From Lama guanicoe (taxonomy: Eukaryota), in assembly GCA_013239625.1 (NCBI GenBank), contig MU054338.1, positions 1,490,001 through 1,554,000 on the forward strand: a DNA stretch of 64,000 nt, given 5' to 3'. The notes below the pieces were generated by a model. It was not told the origin of the DNA. It ran no database searches and saw nothing but the letters and a program-made list of their open reading frames with translations. The position numbers and the translations under genes were made by a program. Of this stretch, positions 24,520-64,000 are shown one piece after another (the first letter of the stretch is position 1; each line of letters begins with the position of its first letter).

Positions 24520-24730
24520 CCCCGGGGCCTCTCAGACTCGGCACCGCTGATGTCTTGGGCTGCAGTGTCCTCTGTGGGGGTGTCCTGGGCACTGTGGGGT
24601 GTGAGCAGCCTCCCTGGCCCCACCCACTCCATGCCAGAGCGTCCCCCAGTCATGACGACCCAGAATGTCTCCAGGCATCACCACACATCACCATAGGGGG
24701 CAAAATTGCTCCCAGTTGAGAACCACTGAT
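24520..24730 (+). mobile_element. MER20 hAT-Charlie element nested in a MER58-like element; another MER20 fragment (-) at ~35025-35180
   Basis: ctcggcaccgctgatgtcttgggc...gggggcaaaattgctcccagttgagaaccactg. Confidence 0.75.
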
Positions 24731-26405
24731 GTCATCGGATGAGCATATCTGTGTTTCAATAAAACTTTATTTATAAAATCAAGGTGTGGGGCCAGCTGAT
24801 CCCAGGCTAGACATTTACCTTTAAAATGAGGTCAGTGCACACTAGGACCAGGATCGTCTTTACCCTTGTTGTGATTCTGCGTTGCTAACTTGATTTATAG
24901 TCACAGGTGAGTCTGCTGAAAAACGGTGAGCCTTTTAGAAAGCGTAGGGAGAGGTCGCTGACCACAGTGAATTTAGAGAATGGTCTGGCTGTGTTCTATC
25001 AACCAACTACGTGGGAAATCCAGCCCAGTGCTGGTGACTAGTCCACAGGCTGCATTTCTTCCACATGCATCTGGGTGTCTTGTGGGTGTTCTGTGCTGAG
25101 GATCCTCTGGGGGGTGAACGGATGTGGGATCCCAGAGGAGAGCTGGTCGCAGAGAGGACGCTCCAGGAATGTGACAGGGGAGGGTCAGTGACGGGTGCAA
25201 GAAGTCAGGAGAGCTTCCCAGAGGAGGGGCCCTACACCCAGACCAAGGGTGGAGGCCACGCAGTGTAAGAGGAGGCTGCTGGCGACTCTAGTGGTGATGG
25301 AGGGGTGGACAGTGGGGCCTGGTGGTGGTGGGGATTCCACCAGATACCCCCTACGTCGCCCCAGTGTAACCGTGAGAAAAACACCAGACAAACCTCTGGA
25401 GAGAGACATTCCACGAAGTCTCAAGACTGCCTGGGGCAGCACGAGGTCTGAGAAACAGTCACAGCCCAGAAGGGTCACAAGGAGATGTGACAACTGAGTG
25501 TCACGTGGGGTCCTGGAGGAGACCCTGGTGCAGAAGAGCACACTGGGGGAAACAGAAAATCTGAATTGGTTAGCAGCTGTGGATCAGTGCTGGCTTATCA
25601 GCTCTGACACGTGTCCCAGACCAGGACATGGGGTCTGGCTACGGGGTGTGTGGTCCCAGTCCCCTCAAGCTGCCATGACAAACATGACCGACGGGCTGGA
25701 ACGTCACACACTGATTTTCTCACACTTCCCGAGGCTGGCAGTCCCAGATCAGGGTGTCGGCAGTGTCGGCTTCTGGTGAGGGTTCTCTTCCTGGCTTGCA
25801 GACGGCTGCCTGTGGAGGGAACATGGCGCCCTATTATACACAGCACTCGGAGCTCCAGAACTGTACGGTAATAAGTGTGGATTCCTGTAAGCCACGGGTT
25901 TTGTGGTAACCTGTTATAGCAACTGCAAGAAACTCATCCACAGTCTGCCCAGCGAGGGACCCACGGCACATGGCAGCCTAGGCAGCACTCACGTCAAATC
26001 CGTTCTTTTTTCTTTAATTGAAGTATAGTCAGTTGCAACATGTCAGTTACAATGTGTGAGTGTCTGGTGCACAGCACAGTGTCTCAGTCATACGTATACA
26101 CACCTGTATTCGTTTTCATGTTCTTTTTCATTACAGGTTACTACAAGATACTGAATATAGGTACCTGTGCTCTGCAGAAGTTTGTTTTTTTAAAATCTAC
26201 TTCTATGTATAATAGTTAATATTCTGGTTTTTATGACTGTTTTGTGTGGAGCTGCCTGACATCTAAGGTGCTGTGGACGGCGGTCACGTCAGCACAATTA
26301 AAACCCTTGCTCAGGGGAAGAGAAATGCCCCCCGCCCCCGATCCTGACCTTGTTTCTCTGTCTCTTGTGCTGGCCTCCAGGTTGCTGTCCCCACATCTGG
26401 GACCC

Positions 26406-55476
<29,071 letters not shown>

Positions 55477-55636
55477 CCACCAGGTGGCTGCTGGGGCCGG
55501 GGAACAGTGATGTGAAGGAGGCAGGAACCAGCCAGCCACCTGCCAGGGGAGGGGAGCCCGGGTGGTGGGCGGGGATGGAGGGACCGTGGAGGGACCGTGG
55601 GTAACTGGGGTGCAGGTTAGCTGCATATTTTGTTCT

Positions 55637-55642
55637 AATAAA
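55637..55642 (+). terminator. TMPRSS9: TMPRSS9 polyadenylation signal AATAAA
   Basis: AATAAA ~160 nt after the TGA. Confidence 0.8.
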
Positions 55643-56081
55643 CACAGCCCCTCGCCTGGAGCCTGCTGGCTGAGCACCTCCGTGTCACAGCAACGACCAC
55701 TGCCCGCCCTGCACACGGGGCCCAGAGGCTGAAGGATGCAGGGAGGGGAGAGGCCTTCCAGGGAGACAGCCTCCCAGGAGCCTCCGAACAGCCTTGTCTT
55801 CAAGGCTCCCTTTTATGTGAATGACACATCCCTGCCTCTGGGAACCCAGGAGCTGAATGGGGGGGGGGAATCACTGAGGCTCAGTCTGGGCCGGGGACCC
55901 AAGTCCACAGGGCACCTTTCTCCCACCGAGGCCTCCACAGGGAAGGTGTGCAGGGTTCCTTCCACCTCCCTCAGCAATTCGTCCCCAGGATGTCACAGTT
56001 CACAAGAGGTCTGGCTATGCCCCACCCCCAGATCCAAACCTGGATTCTATGTCCAGGGCATGACGGTGACCGACCTGAGTG

Positions 56082-56706
56082 TGTCACCAGAGCTGTTCCA
56101 GGTCCTTGCTCAAAACCCATCAACCCCACTGTCAGGAACATCCTCGCTCACGACCTGCCAACCCCTCCACCTTTAGCAGTCGTGAACATAAATCTAAGTT
56201 AAAGGGTCCAGAGATAAGGAACAGATCTACACACGAAGGAGAGAAAGACCAGCTGGAACCAGCTGGGACCAAGATGATGGCCAATCGGACCTCCAGCCCA
56301 ACCCCAAATCCCTGCACGCGGACCTCAGGTCCTTAGAACGTCAATGACGCACTAGGGGTGGGGGGTGGGGGGTAAAGCCAGGATGAGAAGGGGACGGCAG
56401 CCCCCTGGGGAAGCCCCGCCCTCCCAGCAGACCAGGGCAGCCCTCCCCATCACGAGCCTCACTCCTCCCACCTCGCTTTCATTCTTTAAAACTGAATCCC
56501 CCGGCCAGGTGGGCGAGCAGCTGACCTGTGAACTTAGTTCCACCTCATTCTTTGGCCACCGAATAAAGCTTGTGCCATGTCCATCTCAGCTCTGGCTTTG
56601 TCATTTGCCTACTCAAACCTGAATGGAGACAGAACCCTCCCCAGCGCAGGTGGAGCCTCGGCCCAGCTGGGGCCCTGGCAGGGTCCACAGACTTAATTTG
56701 GTAACA
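56082..56706 (+). repeat. ERV 5' LTR (625 nt)
   Basis: tgtcaccagagctgttccaggtccttgctcaaaac...gtccacagacttaatttggtaaca; CCAAT ~56281, TTTAAAA 56485, AATAAA 56562. Confidence 0.88.
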
Positions 56707-56711
56707 AATTT

Positions 56712-56729
56712 TGGGGCCCAGAGTGGAGC
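56712..56729 (+). other. primer binding site, closest to tRNA-Lys(CUU)
   Basis: tggggcccagagtggagc vs TGGCGCCCAACGTGGGGC, 14/18 matches, 5 nt after the LTR end. Confidence 0.55.
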
Positions 56730-57199
56730 TCCTCCTGTCCAGTAGCTCAGGGCTTATGCGCTGACTCAGGGCCAACGACGCCTGCTAAGTCACTGGGCAG
56801 CTGCCCCAACTCTCGAGCTCCAGGCCAGCAAGGGCCACTAAATTCAGCCTGAGACCTGAAAGCAGCCAAGGATCAGGTGGGGCGCCCCCAGGCCGAGAAC
56901 CGCCCCTCGCACACCTACAGCAAGGGCGCCCGCTGCGGACCACGGGAGTGCCTGGGGACACCGACACGGGCGCCGAACCCGCTCCAGCAATAAAGCCAAG
57001 GTTGGCTGCTTAAGGGACAGGGTCCTGGCCATCTGGGTGGAGCCAGATCTCTGTCTAGAGGGCGGCTGGTTGTCTAACCTGAGCCAATCCCCTGGTCGGA
57101 GAAGGTGACAAGCCTCTGGTTGGACCGGTTCCCTGCAGGCACTGGACGGGCAGCCGTCTGGCGGCCACCGTGGCAAGAACACCCGCTTCACGTGCATGA

Positions 57200-58520
57200 C
57201 GCACGCCCTCGTCCCTGTTCTTGACACCAAGCGAAGCTCCCGTCTTTGTTCCATCTGTCTGTCCTGATGCTCTTGGAGACACCTGCTGCAGCCGTGGCCA
57301 CCGGTCAGGCACTTTAAGGGCGTGCCACCACGACTCCCGTGACAGGGCGAGTCGGTCACGGACCAGACTGGACGAGCGCCGGGCCCCTGCTGTCCGTGTG
57401 GGCAGGCACAGAGATGCTCCCGGGCCCGGCCCTGCACACCCCCACCCCTAGGGCTCATCTTTTGCGCGGGCCTGTCTCACCCTAACCTGCCACAGCAGGC
57501 CAGGGTACACGCCAGTCTCCCCTACTCCGCTCCATCACCACTCCCTAGGGGTCCCTCCGCTGAGACACAAACCGACTTCAGGAACATCACTTTGCCTGGC
57601 CAGGGAAAGAAGAGGACCCCCAAGTCACCCAAAGTCCCTGGATCCTCGCAGCTGAGCACAGAGAGCGGGACACACACCACGTGGGCCTTCGGCCTCCCTG
57701 CTGACCACCTGTAACGGGGCAGAGCCCCCTGTGAACAAGCCTCCCTGACTGCCACAGAGTCTCTCAGGCGATATACCTGGTTGGAGGACCCCTACTCCCC
57801 CGCCCCTCCACCCTATCTCTGGGGACCGCTGAGCGCTCCCACCTGGGCCAGCAGCTCCTACAGCCCCAGACTGGGTCTGGGAACGTGTAGGCCCTGACTT
57901 CAGAGGGGCAGCACTTTGGGTGCCCAATCAGCAGAGTCTGGAGGTGGAGGCAAAGTAGGAGACATGAGGGGATGAACTGCCATGTTCTGGCTTTAGTGAT
58001 TCAGGGTCACCGATGCTGAGGGACGACGGTGCCCCCACTCTCCCCGAGGGGGCCCTGCAACATCGATGAGTGTCCCCAGGATTCAGAGACCACACCCACA
58101 GTGGAGAGGGGCTCAGAGCCATCAGTGTGAACACTGCATGCAGCAGGGCCACTGGAAGGGGGACGCCCCAGACGTCTGGGAGGAAGCTAAGTGGACTGCT
58201 GTGCCCCGGCCATCCTCACTGGTCACACACATGGAAGAGGAGGACTGGAGGGCCCAGGGGCTCCTCAGAGCGCCCTGGAAATTACCCCCGAGGAGCCTCG
58301 GCTGACTTTAACCACAGGGGTGAGAAGGTCGACCACCTCCTCGGTCTTGGAACACTCCACGGCAGAATGTCCTAAGATACAGGGACTGGGAGGAAGCCCC
58401 AGGAGAGCGGTTTTCTGAAGTCCCTTGAGTGCGACTTGGAAGCCAAAGTGTCATCTCACTGTCTTACGAGTCCCGAATGCCCAGGAAGAGAAGTTATACA
58501 ACTTGGGAGCTACCACTGAC
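57200..58520 (+). pseudogene. gag: ERV gag-pro remnant
   Basis: decayed zinc knuckle QCEHCMQQGHWKGDAP (~58123-58170); protease start PEEPRLTLT...KVDHLL; outer boundaries approximate. Confidence 0.7.
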
Positions 58521-58599
58521 CTCCGAGCCAGACACCTGACCACCAGGACACTCGAGAGCCCCTTCCACCCCGCAGCCCTAGAGGAACAGCCCCAATAAC

Positions 58600-61400
58600 C
58601 ACGAGGGGTCTGTCCGTCAGCGTCCGCGTGGGCCCACGACGCCACCGTGGGCAGGACTGGGGCGGGCACCACCAGTCCTAGCCCAGCTGCGACTAGGCCA
58701 CAAGCACCCTGACAACAAACAAGACCCCGAGCAAGGAAACCCCGGCGGGCACTGACCCTAGAATAGAAAGGCCGCTCAAGCCAGGGCTCTTGAGACCCCC
58801 CCGACCCCCTCAACACTCCTGCTCTGCAGGAAAGGAGCCAAGTGGGAAGCGCTGGCCAGTTCAGGGCCTTTGGGCCATGAATGAAGCTACTGAGGAGATT
58901 CACACCCTGGGGCCCATCCCTCCTGCCTTGCTTCCCACCCAAAGCCCTGAGGGGACCTGGTAACTCAGGGGTGGATTTACAAGACCCTCATCCACGTGCC
59001 CCTGGCCCCAGAGTCTCAATTCACGTTCACCTTTGAGTGGCAGGGTAAGACAGCGAGAAAACACCTGCGCTGGATGACTGCCCCAGGGATTTAAAACCTC
59101 CCCCATCCTTCTGGAAGGTTTAGCTGAGGATTCCCCAAGATGCGGATGGCAGTCCAGTCCCCGCCCCATCTAAGAGCTTCCAGCCATCACATGTCTTAAA
59201 CCATCTGGCTGAGACAGAAAGACTGTTCCAGAGGAAAAGCGCAGACCTCCCTCCCGCGGGCAGGACACTCAGGCCCCTTGCAGAAAGGGCCAGCGCGGTC
59301 TGCGGGGAGAGGCGGGGCCAGCCCGCCGGGGGCCCCCCTCGTGTGCGACACCGGCTGCGGGCTTTCCCGGGGATGCCAGGCTCTGCACGCGTGGTTCCCC
59401 GACTCTAAGTGCTGAGCCTTCGTGTGAAGTTAAGAGGGAAGGACCTTGACCCTTTCGCGTGGACCCCCGACAGCAACCGGTGTTCAGGGAACCGAAGGAC
59501 CAGCTCATGAGAGCCCGCGTTCGCCTCCCCGGACCCGAGCCGCCCCTTCCATCCACGGGCACAGGAGGCAGGAGGACCCGCCCCGGGGCTCTCACAAGAC
59601 TGCGGCCTCCGACTCAGGCTGTGGCCTATTTTTCTGAACAACTGAACCAAGCGCTAAAGGGGGCCCATACGCACGGCTGCAGCTGCCACCTCTCAGCTCC
59701 TCAAGGAGGCTCACAATCAGCTTCGGGCAGCCCCTGACCACCTGGAGCCCCCCTCCGCCCCCCATGACGAGAAGAGAGCAGACCTGTTACCCCTGGCCGG
59801 GCCCTCCACGTCCAGGCTGAGCTCCTAACACCTGTCGGTGACGTCCCCGTGACCCCAGCAGGCCTGCCCCAGAGCTCCCCTGGAGCTAGACCGGCTCACA
59901 GATGGATCCCACCACCCACATGGGGGTGGCCCTGCCCAGAAGGTCGCGTTAACTGCCCTCATCAGAGCACTAGGACCGGGGAAGGAAAGCGGCCAGGATC
60001 CGGCTGACTCTAAACATGCCTCCTCAGCCCTCCGTGCCCACAGGGCCATCTGGAGGCGAGGGGACTGCTGGCCTCAGGGAGTAAACAGGCGAAGAACAGG
60101 GGTGGGGAGTTATGTGGCTGCTGGAGGTTATGCTCCTGGCAAAGGAGGTTACTCCCGGCAGACGCCACCAGAAGGGAGAAGCAGAAATAGTGACAGTGAA
60201 CAACAGGGCGGACTCGGCAGCTAAGCAAGCAGCTGAGGGCGGGCAGGCTTCAGATGCTCCTACCAGCCCCCCAGGCCCTAACTCCTACCCCCCCATATAC
60301 AGCCCTGAAGGGGAAGCCCAGAACACCCAGGGTGGATGGTCGGCGGTCGTGGGCCGCAGGCCCTCCTGCCGGCCAGCGCGCTCCAGGCCCTCCGGGAAGC
60401 TCCCGGAGCACCCGTCGCAGACAGCAGGCCCGTGTCAAGGCCCCACCTGTCCATGACTACCCCCAATTTCTGGAGTCTCCTTAACAGGTGGGTGAAGCGT
60501 GCCCTATCTGCCCCCAGAGTAACCCCAACACTCAAGGTCAAGGGAGTGACCCTACCCAGCACAGAGGCACATATCCAGGTCAACACGGGCAAGCTGACTT
60601 TACGGTAATGCCCTGGGCACAAAGAAAGGTTAGATATTTGCAGGTTTTGACTGACAGCTTCTCCTGCTGGATGGAGGCATCCCCACCCGAACCGAGACTG
60701 TCTCGGAGGTCTCTGAGGCCCCGCTCACGGAATTAATCCTTCGGTCTGGGCTCCCCACGTCCATCCAGAGTGACAACGGCCCAGCTTTGTTTCCCAAGTT
60801 ACTGAGGGAGTTCCTAGAGCCCGAGGAGTTAACGGGGTGTGCATGCCGTGTGGAGACCACAACCCTCAGGAAAGCAAAAAGAACACATCAAACCCTCCAC
60901 ATAAACTCAAACTACGTCAAGACCCTCATCAACCCTGGTCCCCTTCTCCCCACAGCACCTGGAGAACGTGGAGAGCCCCCGCAGGAACGCGCAGGCTGAG
61001 TCCACACGCGCTCACGCACAGGAGACCCACCCCTACAGGACCAGCTGCTCGGCCAACCTCAGGGGTGGGGACCGACTGAAAGACACCTACGGATAAGGGA
61101 AAGTCAAAGCCTTACAAGCGTGTGGGACTCCAGAACCGCCTTCCCCTCCTGACACGGTTTTACGTCCTCTCTCCCCTGGGGACTGGGTTTGAGAACATGG
61201 AAGGCTGGAAATCCACAGGACCAGGGAGACCCAGGACCTTAACCAGCGATCCCGCCGCTCATTCTGCCCTAGAACCACAAGGCACGCCCCGTGGGTTCAC
61301 CTCACCCGAGTGGAGACAACAGGAAAGCCGCTGGGCCTCCCCCTCAGCACACCTGGAACCTGTCAAGCTTCAGGTTACTTTTCAAAGGACAAACCTACCA
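58600..61400 (+). pseudogene. pol: ERV pol remnant (RT, RNase H, integrase)
   Basis: FTFEW...PQGFKTSP (~59020-59105); TDGS, AQKVALTALIRAL, NNRADSAAKQAA; QADFTVMP...LTDSFSCWMEASP and GLPTSIQSDNGPA; many frameshifts and deletions. Confidence 0.88.
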
Positions 61401-61529
61401 GCAGGAGAGTCACGTGGGGGACAGGCGCAGTGGTTGGCCGCACTTGGCTTCTGCTGTTCTGCCAACCCCCTCCCCTGGCAAACATCTCTGCCCCTGCTGG
61501 ACGCCGAGGACATTAATCCTGGGAGCAGG

Positions 61530-63014
61530 ATGAGTGGCCATCATTGCCTATTCTTTCTTCTCTCTGACAACCGTCCACGCAGAACGGCGACTCAATGAAC
61601 TAGTAAATTACAGCCCCTGGACAAAACCTGTCCCAGTGCCGGATCTGTCACCCCAACCCTCAAGTGACATCTATGGATTACGGCTGCTACATTTTACCCT
61701 GAGAACCACTACCTCACTCTCACCTTGGCTGGCGGGTCTGCTACACCTGCCCCTCCTGAAGTTCACACCGCGTCCCTAACGCAGCTTCCCTGCCCGTACC
61801 TGACTCCTCACGTTAACATCTGCAAGGAACACAAAGCGCTCACTTCCCAGTGCCACCACTCTGACCAGTCTTGCTGCCACTGCCCCCACCACACCCCAAC
61901 CAATGGGAGGAACCTGCAGTAACACCTGGGGCTGCTCTGGACTCTGATCAATGCCTCTTCCATTGCCCCACGATTTATGTGCCCCTGGGATTGACTCCGA
62001 GGGAAATCTCACCACTTGGTGCCCTCTGGACCAACTGGTTGAATACATACAGGGACCAGACAGGAAACGTGCTCAGTGGGGAGGGGAGGGATGCCGGCAG
62101 CCTGGCCCTCCTAGGGCTGGGGGAAAAGCCACTAGTCAAGAATCCCCCAGGGACCCCCGCTATGCAGGTGGGCCTCTCTCCCCACACTGCAAGGACACCC
62201 TGTTTTGGGCTGGCTACCTACGGAGGTGGTTCAGATTCTCAGAAGTGCACCAGGCAGGCACCCCACCCCTCACACCTGTTCCTCTGTGGCCTGAGAGTGA
62301 ACGAACTGCCCCATCAGAACCACCCCAACTCTTCCCTCCCTTCTCTGGGACGGACTCTAGCCTCACCCTCCTTAGATAAAACCCATTTTGTGCACAGTGC
62401 ACGCCAAGCCGGCTAAGTTCTCAGGAACTAGGCATAACCAGTCATACTATCACCCAGCCCCGAGACAAAAAGGCACTACAACCCAACTGGGCAGGAGTGG
62501 GGACTGCTCCTGGACTGGTGGCCCCCGGGGGGTTTTCACCTATCATGAAACCACTCCACAAAAACCTCACGCCTTTGAGTAAGTATCCAGAGATCCACAG
62601 CATGCCTCACAAGGACTCCGTACTTCTCTGGACTCGTGGACCATCTCTTGGCTGAGTGGGGAGGTAGGCACAGTTACTAACAAGACCCGCACCTACATCA
62701 ACACCTCTGGTCAGGTGGAAATAAACACGAAAGAGACGTACGAGCAAGCTCAGTGGTCACGCAGGTGTTCACACTCAAGGTCCCAATCCAAGCTCCGTCT
62801 GGAACAGAGTCACACAGCGCCTCCCCGTTTAACCTGGTTACTTCCATTTCTCGGTCACTGTTATTTCCTTCTGGTCATCTTCGGGCCTTGCCTCCTTCAC
62901 TGCTTTGTCAACGTCGTTAGTACTGGGCGTGAAGCCATCAAACTGCAGGTGACACTAACACTAGGGTACAAGTGCCTCGGGCTGCAGCCTGGAGACAGGA
63001 TTCTTTCAGGCTAA
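61530..63014 (+). pseudogene. env: ERV env remnant
   Basis: decayed RQK(R) cleavage site, fusion peptide AGVGTAPGLVAPG..FTYHETT, DHLLAEWGG, YINTSGQVE, LTWLLPFLG...IFGPCLL...EAIKLQ; frameshifted. Confidence 0.85.
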
Positions 63015-63132
63015 TTAGGGAGCAGTTCTGCTCCTCCAGTCTAAGGGAACACCACACCCAGGCTCAGCAGGAAGCAGCCTCAGGATAGAGACCCGCGCCC
63101 CTCAGTGCCCTCCAAGGACAAGCAGCAGTAAC

Positions 63133-63146
63133 GAGGAAGGAGGGGG
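63133..63146 (+). other. polypurine tract
   Basis: gaggaaggaggggg immediately before the 3' LTR. Confidence 0.85.
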
Positions 63147-63149
63147 CTT

Positions 63150-63780
63150 TGTTGCCAGAGATGCTCCAGGTCTTTGCTCAAAACTCATCAACTTGCACCG
63201 TTAGCAGGAGTGTCCTTGCTCACGACCTGCCGACCCCACCGGACCTTCAGCAGGAATACACACGTCTTTAAGCCAAACAATCCAGAGACAAGAAACAAAG
63301 CTACACGCGCGCGCGCACACACACACACGCACCAACACCAGCCGGAACTAAGACGGCGACCAATCTGACCTCTGACAGACCCCGAGTCTCACTGTATGAC
63401 TTTACTACGTCAGAACATTAAATGACACACCCACGGGCAGCCAGGACCAGATACGGACCAAAAAAGATAAAAATGGGGTGGCAACCCCCTCCCTCGGAAA
63501 AAGCCCGGCTCTTTACCCGTAGACTAACGAATACGCCAGCGGATCCTAGCCTCACCCCCCACCCTCTGGTCTTTAAAATAAAATCCCTCTCGCCACGTGG
63601 ACGAGAAGTTGATTGGTGAACTTTGTTCCCTCTTCTCCAAGCTTTGGTCACTGAGTAAAATTTATGCTGTTAACCTCAGCCTCATTATCATTTATCACCT
63701 ACTCGAACCCCAACGGGAAAAGAACCCTCCCCTACCAGGCCAGGGTCCGGGCAGAGTCCACAGGACTTAACTCGGTATCA
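63150..63780 (+). repeat. ERV 3' LTR (631 nt)
   Basis: tgttgccagagatgctccaggtctttgctcaaaac...gtccacaggacttaactcggtatca; colinear with the 5' LTR. Confidence 0.88.
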
Positions 63781-64000
63781 GGCGCACCTGGGGCGATGCC
63801 GGAGGAGCCAGTACTTTAAGTTCCAGGGCCCCCGACCAGACTACACTCGCTGGCAGGTGTGCGCGGAGGGGAGGGACGGGCAGAGTCCCGACTGCACCGG
63901 CACCAGTCTCGTCCTCGGAAACTTGTGGCAGGCAGTACGCACAGGCTGGCCCCCGCCTCACAAACAGCATTTATGCGAACAGGAGGGGGAAGGGGTGAGG
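63781..64000 (-). other. TIMM13: probable proximal 3' UTR of TIMM13 (CDS lies beyond the window)
   Basis: synteny (TIMM13 is tail-to-tail with TMPRSS9) and resemblance of minus-strand cataaatgctgtttgtgaggcgggggcc...gtactgcctgcc to the human UTR as recalled; not verified by alignment. Confidence 0.6.

Larger units (their letters stand above)
56082..63780 (+). mobile_element. full-length defective class I (gamma-like) endogenous retrovirus, 7.7 kb
   Basis: paired TG...CA LTRs, PBS, PPT and colinear frameshifted gag, pro, RT, RNase H, IN and env motifs. Confidence 0.93.

Noticed and set aside
55576..55597. 11-bp tandem duplication (tggagggaccg x2) in the TMPRSS9 3' UTR
   Set aside because: Two units only; ordinary slippage.
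61530..63014. Possible domesticated env (syncytin-like)
   Set aside because: Multiple frameshifts and stops, partly deleted immunosuppressive domain and no CX6CC; no long ORF.

Overview
GC-rich mammalian genomic DNA, most likely camelid, judged from many tRNA-Ala-derived vic-1-type SINEs. It is orthologous to the human 19p13.3 block SPPL2B-TMPRSS9-TIMM13. In order on the + strand it holds: (i) the last eight coding exons and 3' UTR of SPPL2B (YD, GFGD and QPALLY motifs intact); (ii) a CpG island at ~8.1-8.7 kb, the probable TMPRSS9 promoter; (iii) a complete TMPRSS9/polyserase-1 reading frame of 18 coding exons (26406-55476, 3276 nt, 1091 aa: TM, SEA, LDLa and three trypsin domains, the third with Ser195->Ala); (iv) a decayed full-length class I endogenous retrovirus (56082-63780; LTR-PBS-gag-pro-pol-env-PPT-LTR); and (v) probable TIMM13 3' UTR on the - strand at the window end. 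Introns are filled with L1, MLT/MER and SINE fragments. Most ORF-track entries are GC-content artefacts. Best leads: the provirus appears to split the TIMM13 3' UTR; a 171-bp, 96.5%-identical inverted pair of otherwise ancient GC-shifted L1MB copies lies in one TMPRSS9 intron; SPPL2B needs a 47-nt intron; some L1 sequence is strongly GC-converted; and there is an orphan phase-1/1 exon-like segment. Repeat family names and human comparisons are from recall, not from searches. I found no clearly new gene system.
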